This document shows, piece by piece, positions 60,159 to 64,000 of a stretch of DNA of 64,000 bases. The stretch comes from Deltaproteobacteria bacterium (lineage in GTDB: Bacteria > Myxococcota_A > Polyangia > Fen-1088), in the NCBI GenBank assembly GCA_033763315.1, contig JANRKS010000028.1:154240-218239 (forward strand), given 5' to 3'. The position numbers and the translations under genes are program-made. The first letter of the stretch is position 1. Every line of letters begins with the position of its first letter. The notes under the pieces were generated by a model. It was not told the origin of the DNA. It saw only the letters and a program-made list of their open reading frames with translations, and ran no database searches.

Positions 60159-61831
60159 AACAACCCCGCAAGCAGAATTGCGGCTCCGGACGATAGGGCA
60201 GGCACACTCCTGGGTGCGGCGTCGATGGTTCCCGGAAGGGTAACGCCGGCCGCTGATCCCGGGTTTGGCAAGCCCAGTCGCCAAACGCCGTTGGGATCTT
60301 GCAGTTCCACGCCATTGCTGCGGCCATCTTTATCAGAATCAAGCGCTGCCAAGGCCGCGTTCCAGACAACATTGCCCGCGGGCCCATCGAGAAAGTGATC
60401 CTCTATGTCTTGTCCGAACAAGTTGCGGGGGCCGCCCGGATAGATGTGGCAATTGTCGCAGCTCTTGATGCTGCCGTTGGGTATCTGATCAACCCGGAAA
60501 GGACGTGCCTGAGCCAACGTAGGCACGCACAGGACAGCCGCCACAATGATTATGCCTCTGCGTCTTGCATATTGTGACCTTCGACGGTGTGCGAGCGCGA
60601 GCAGGAGGAAGGCCACGCCAAGCAATGCGCCATTGCGCGCGCCGAGCGCGGGCACAGACGCGGGGGGCGGTGCATCTGAAGCGAGTTTGACCAAAGCATT
60701 GCCAAACATTGCGTAGAGCTCACCTTGGTTGTCTTCACCAAACGAGGTGAGGGAGTTGCCGCCATCAAACAAGAGTGTGGACGTCCATGTTCCAGCCCCC
60801 GTTGGCGCCAAAGTCCACACGCGGCCACTGCAGTAGTCACCGTAGATGTACTTGCCAACCAGCTCTGGAACTTTTGATCCGCGGTAAAAGTACCCTCCCG
60901 TCACCGAACAGTCGCCCGTGCTGCCATGTGGATACACAGCGACGGGCGGCGTGAACGCAGGAGCGTTGCAGCCAGGCGTAGAAGATGGGCACGCCGACGA
61001 TTCGTTGCACGCGTTGCCCTCCATAATTTTCCAGCCGAAGTTGAGCGCCCCCGAAGCGTTGGCGGGCACATAGTTGACCTCTTCCCACAATCCCTGGCCA
61101 ACATCACCGATCCACAGATCGTTGGTTTGGCGATCGAACGAGAAGCGCCAAGGGTTGCGCAAGCCAAAAGACCACACTTCATCGGGCACTTCATTTAGGG
61201 GATCGCGCGCGCCAACATAAGGGTTGTCACTGGGAATGCCGTAGTAAGGGGCGACGTCAAAATTTTGCCTCACGTTCAGGCGAAGCATCTTGCCGAGCAG
61301 GGTGGATTTTGTTTGTGAGCGGCAACCTGGATCTTGTTGGCCACCGCCGTCGCCCATCCCGATGTAAAGATGGCCGTCGCTTTTGCGGACTTGCAGTTGC
61401 CCGCCATTGTGGTTGGCGAACGGCTGCGGGATGACCATCATGATTTTGCCACTTGAGGCCACGGCCACATTCGGATCCGAACTCACCAAATAGCGTTCAA
61501 TCACGGTGTTGCCGGCGGTGTTGGTGTAGTTGACGTAGAACGCCTTCGTCGCCGCAAAGTCGGGGTGAAACGCAAGCGACAACAAACCTTGCTCGGGCCC
61601 TAAACTGACTTTGCTGCTGATGTCGAGAAACGGCGTGCTGCGGACCGAGCCGTCGATCACGCGAATGAAGCCACCTTTTTCGATAACAAACAGCCGCTGA
61701 TCGCCGGGCACCCCCGAACCTGCGAGGTAAATCGGGTTGTTGATGGTGGCCACGGGCACAACGATAACCGCCGCATGGGCGGATCCAACGGTGAGGGCCA
61801 CGAGCCCCGCAAGCAATGCGCGAAAGAACAT
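60125..61831 (-). CDS. Glucose/sorbosone dehydrogenase-family beta-propeller with two VPAL-CTERM sorting signals and a second heme-motif domain
   Basis: EQGLLSLAFHP, NHNGGQL, YIGMGDGG, LGKMLR, GLRNPWRFSFD, SFGED; VPAL+TM+basic tail at aa 393 and aa 543; CDNCH. Confidence 0.85.
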   Translation of the reverse strand: MFFRALLAGLVALTVGSAHAAVIVVPVATINNPIYLAGSGVPGDQRLFVIEKGGFIRVIDGSVRSTPFLDISSKVSLGPEQGLLSLAFHPDFAATKAFYVNYTNTAGNTVIERYLVSSDPNVAVASSGKIMMVIPQPFANHNGGQLQVRKSDGHLYIGMGDGGGQQDPGCRSQTKSTLLGKMLRLNVRQNFDVAPYYGIPSDNPYVGARDPLNEVPDEVWSFGLRNPWRFSFDRQTNDLWIGDVGQGLWEEVNYVPANASGALNFGWKIMEGNACNESSACPSSTPGCNAPAFTPPVAVYPHGSTGDCSVTGGYFYRGSKVPELVGKYIYGDYCSGRVWTLAPTGAGTWTSTLLFDGGNSLTSFGEDNQGELYAMFGNALVKLASDAPPPASVPALGARNGALLGVAFLLLALAHRRRSQYARRRGIIIVAAVLCVPTLAQARPFRVDQIPNGSIKSCDNCHIYPGGPRNLFGQDIEDHFLDGPAGNVVWNAALAALDSDKDGRSNGVELQDPNGVWRLGLPNPGSAAGVTLPGTIDAAPRSVPALSSGAAILLAGLLCWVSHKSRKA

Positions 61832-61952
61832 GAGCGCATCATGAGCGGCGCGCGTGAGACCGTAGGAATCAACACGGCCACAGGTGTGTTACAGCTGTGA
61901 ACGCCGCTGCCTCAGGGCAGGCCCCGCATTCTGGCTCGCAAAGCATTCGCGC

Positions 61953-62693
61953 TTAGAAGTATTGAATCTCTTGAGCAAAAAGTTGTTTCGCCTGAACTTC
62001 GTCGGCTTCGATGTCTTCTGCGTAAATCACGTTCGCCCGAACCGAGGGTTGATCGATGTCGGCGGCACCCTTGGCCATCTCATATCGCTTTTCTTGTTTT
62101 GATTCGCTCATCTCGCCGATGCGCGCCACGCCGAGTTTGATTTGCTTTGTGTAAATCACATCGGCGACCAACAGTTTGGTTTTGATCACCTTCGCCATCA
62201 GGGTGATGTTTGGGATGCTTGGTGTGGCACCACCGGTACCCGGCACGCTTACGGAGGATGAGCCGCCGCTGCCCATCATCCCGCCCGCCGCAGTTCCACC
62301 GGTTCCTCCCAGCCCGAACCCAGCGCTTCCGCCGACCCCAGAGCCAGCGTTTCCGCCCGCGCCCGCCATCGACACCTCGGGCATGGGGCCGCCCCCTGCA
62401 CCACCATTTGTTGTTGGACCAGGAGGGATCCCTGCCCCGCCGGCGCCGCCGGAACTCCCGAGCGTGCCCCCCGCCGCTGGTAAAGCGTTCGGGTCAAGGC
62501 TGCTGTCGTCGTCGGGCGTGGCTAAGGCGGCGCCGCGGCCTTTGTTGACGCGTGAGCCCTCTTCAAAGCCTGGGCCGTCAGCCGAGCCTTTCGTTTGTTC
62601 GTCAGCTCCGGCGCCCGCGCCATCGGAGCACGCCGCCAGTGCCCCCAAATAGCCGGCTGCGATCACCCAAACACACGTTTTTTTCTTGGTCAT
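61953..62693 (-). CDS. Hypothetical Gly-rich lipoprotein
   Basis: LAAC lipobox, Gly-rich linker, repetitive beta-strand C-terminus (VADVIY, VRANVIYA). Confidence 0.7.
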   Translation of the reverse strand: MTKKKTCVWVIAAGYLGALAACSDGAGAGADEQTKGSADGPGFEEGSRVNKGRGAALATPDDDSSLDPNALPAAGGTLGSSGGAGGAGIPPGPTTNGGAGGGPMPEVSMAGAGGNAGSGVGGSAGFGLGGTGGTAAGGMMGSGGSSSVSVPGTGGATPSIPNITLMAKVIKTKLLVADVIYTKQIKLGVARIGEMSESKQEKRYEMAKGAADIDQPSVRANVIYAEDIEADEVQAKQLFAQEIQYF

Positions 62694-62861
62694 GACGACG
62701 CCTTCCGGGCTGATAGGTATCAAGCGCCATGCCAGCTTGGTTCGTGCACGAGCCCCCGCGAAACCCCGCGCGCTCACCACCGGGCAGCACGCCACAGGAT
62801 CGGACGTCCGCTCAGTGGTACGAACCGGGAACGCCCTACGTCGTGACGAAGAGAGAGCCGT

Positions 62862-63480
62862 CTAGTAAGGAAAGCCTGGCACGTTCAGTTTGATCTCGTG
62901 CAAGCGGCCGCTGCCGGTGATGTACAGCGTTTTGCGGTCAGGGCCGCCAAAGGCTGCGTTGGAAGTGGAGTTGCCTTCCACCGTGATGGTCCCACGAGCC
63001 GTGTTGTCCGGCCCAATGACATGTACACCCGTGCCGCTTGTGACGTAGAGATTGCCCGCACAATCCACTGCGAGGCCATCGGTGAAGGAACCAACGTTGC
63101 TGCCAAAGGTCATGGGGGCACCGTTAAGCGATCCATCAGCCTTAAGCCCCACCTTGCGAATCTGACCTGACATGTCACCGACATACAGCGTGTTTTGATC
63201 GGGCGACAAAGCCACGCCGTTTGGCTGGCTTCCCGCAAATAGCCGAGTGATCGTCCCATCTGGCGCGCGCCTGTAATAAAAGGCGCCCGTTTGCCCAGGG
63301 CGGTTGCCCTGCTGCCACGTGGGATCGCTGAAGTAAATGTTGCCGTCCATGCGTACGGTGAGGTCGTTCACCGAATTGAATGGCGCGTCCAGATACTTCG
63401 ATGGCCCCTGCAATGCGGTTCGCGCCTTGGTCTCGATGTTGAACTTCGCCATCCACTGCACCTCGTGAGCGGCCGCGCGT
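62862..63480 (-). pseudogene. 5'-truncated SMP-30/gluconolactonase family gene
   Basis: FNSVNDL...DGNIYFSDP, PNGVALSPD, DGLAVD..GNLY and SNAAFGG are present, but the N-terminal EGP/NGL blades are absent; a divergent recombinase gene lies immediately upstream. Confidence 0.7.
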
Positions 63481-63505
63481 GCGACGTGACGTGCGATAGG
63501 ACGCC

Positions 63506-64000
63506 ATGCGCGATGAGAAGCAACCAGACACGGCCGGGATATCGTCGGAATGTGAGGGCGCACGCCTGCGCGCCGTGCAGTACCTGCGCATGTCGACGGA
63601 CAACCAGTCCTATTCGCTGCTCAATCAGGCGAGCGCCATCGCACGCTACGCCGAGGCGCGCGCCATCGACATCGTGGAGACCTTTGAGGACGCCGGACGA
63701 AGCGGGCTCACCTTCGCCACGCGTCCGGGGCTCATGCGGCTCATCGCGCGGGTGCAATCGGGAACACTCGCCGCTCACTGCGTGCTCGTCTACGACGTCA
63801 GCCGATGGGGGCGCTTCCAGGATGTGGATGAAAGCGCTCACCTGGAGTTCATCTGTCGCAGCGCCGGCGTCGAGGTCGTCTACTGCGCGGAGCCTTTTGC
63901 GGAAGCCGACGTGCAAACGGCAGCCGTGATCAAGGCGCTGAAGCGGATCATGGCAGCCGAATACAGTCGCGAGTTGTCGCGCAAGGTCTGGCTCGGGCAG
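63506..64000 (+). CDS. Large serine recombinase, partial (runs off the right edge)
   Basis: Not in the ORF track. Manual translation: MRDEK...AVQYLRMSTDNQSYS...FEDAGRSG...RPGL...YDVSRWGRFQDVDES...MAAEYSRELSRKV. AGGA SD upstream. Confidence 0.92.
   Translation, partial: MRDEKQPDTAGISSECEGARLRAVQYLRMSTDNQSYSLLNQASAIARYAEARAIDIVETFEDAGRSGLTFATRPGLMRLIARVQSGTLAAHCVLVYDVSRWGRFQDVDESAHLEFICRSAGVEVVYCAEPFAEADVQTAAVIKALKRIMAAEYSRELSRKVWLGQ

Noticed and set aside
63291-63929. ORF-track calls 63291..63929 (+), 63368..63916 (-) and the extension of the gluconolactonase to 63563
   Set aside because: They overlap the motif-bearing recombinase frame that starts at 63506 and show no protein-family signal.

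Overview
GC-rich bacterial chromosomal segment, inferred to be Myxococcota/Polyangia-like from its Cys-rich lipoproteins, eukaryote-type Ser/Thr kinase, DUF1592/DUF1552 pair and ECF-caspase module. It holds about 49 coding regions; I see no rRNA, tRNA or CRISPR array. Housekeeping or recognisable genes: xth, argD, argF, a KaiC-family ATPase plus histidine kinase, a PAS-PAS chemoreceptor, DprE1/DprE2-like genes, alpha-2-macroglobulin/pbpC, an ExuT-like MFS transporter, an ABC-F ATPase and a YfcF-like GST. Strongest candidates for undescribed biology: (1) an ECF sigma / ZAS-DUF4384 anti-sigma / exported caspase operon in which the anti-sigma stalk (RIKGG) and the caspase post-catalytic linker (RVKGG) share a motif, suggesting caspase-triggered sigma release; (2) one ORF that reads as a polyprotein with two exosortase VPAL sorting signals and an internal signal peptide, next to an exosortase; (3) a PNPOx-GAF-putative wHTH regulator facing c-type cytochrome genes across five TTAGGA-like repeats phased at exactly 11 bp. 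The window ends in a serine recombinase that abuts a 5'-truncated gluconolactonase. All family assignments come from motif recognition by eye; no database search was run.
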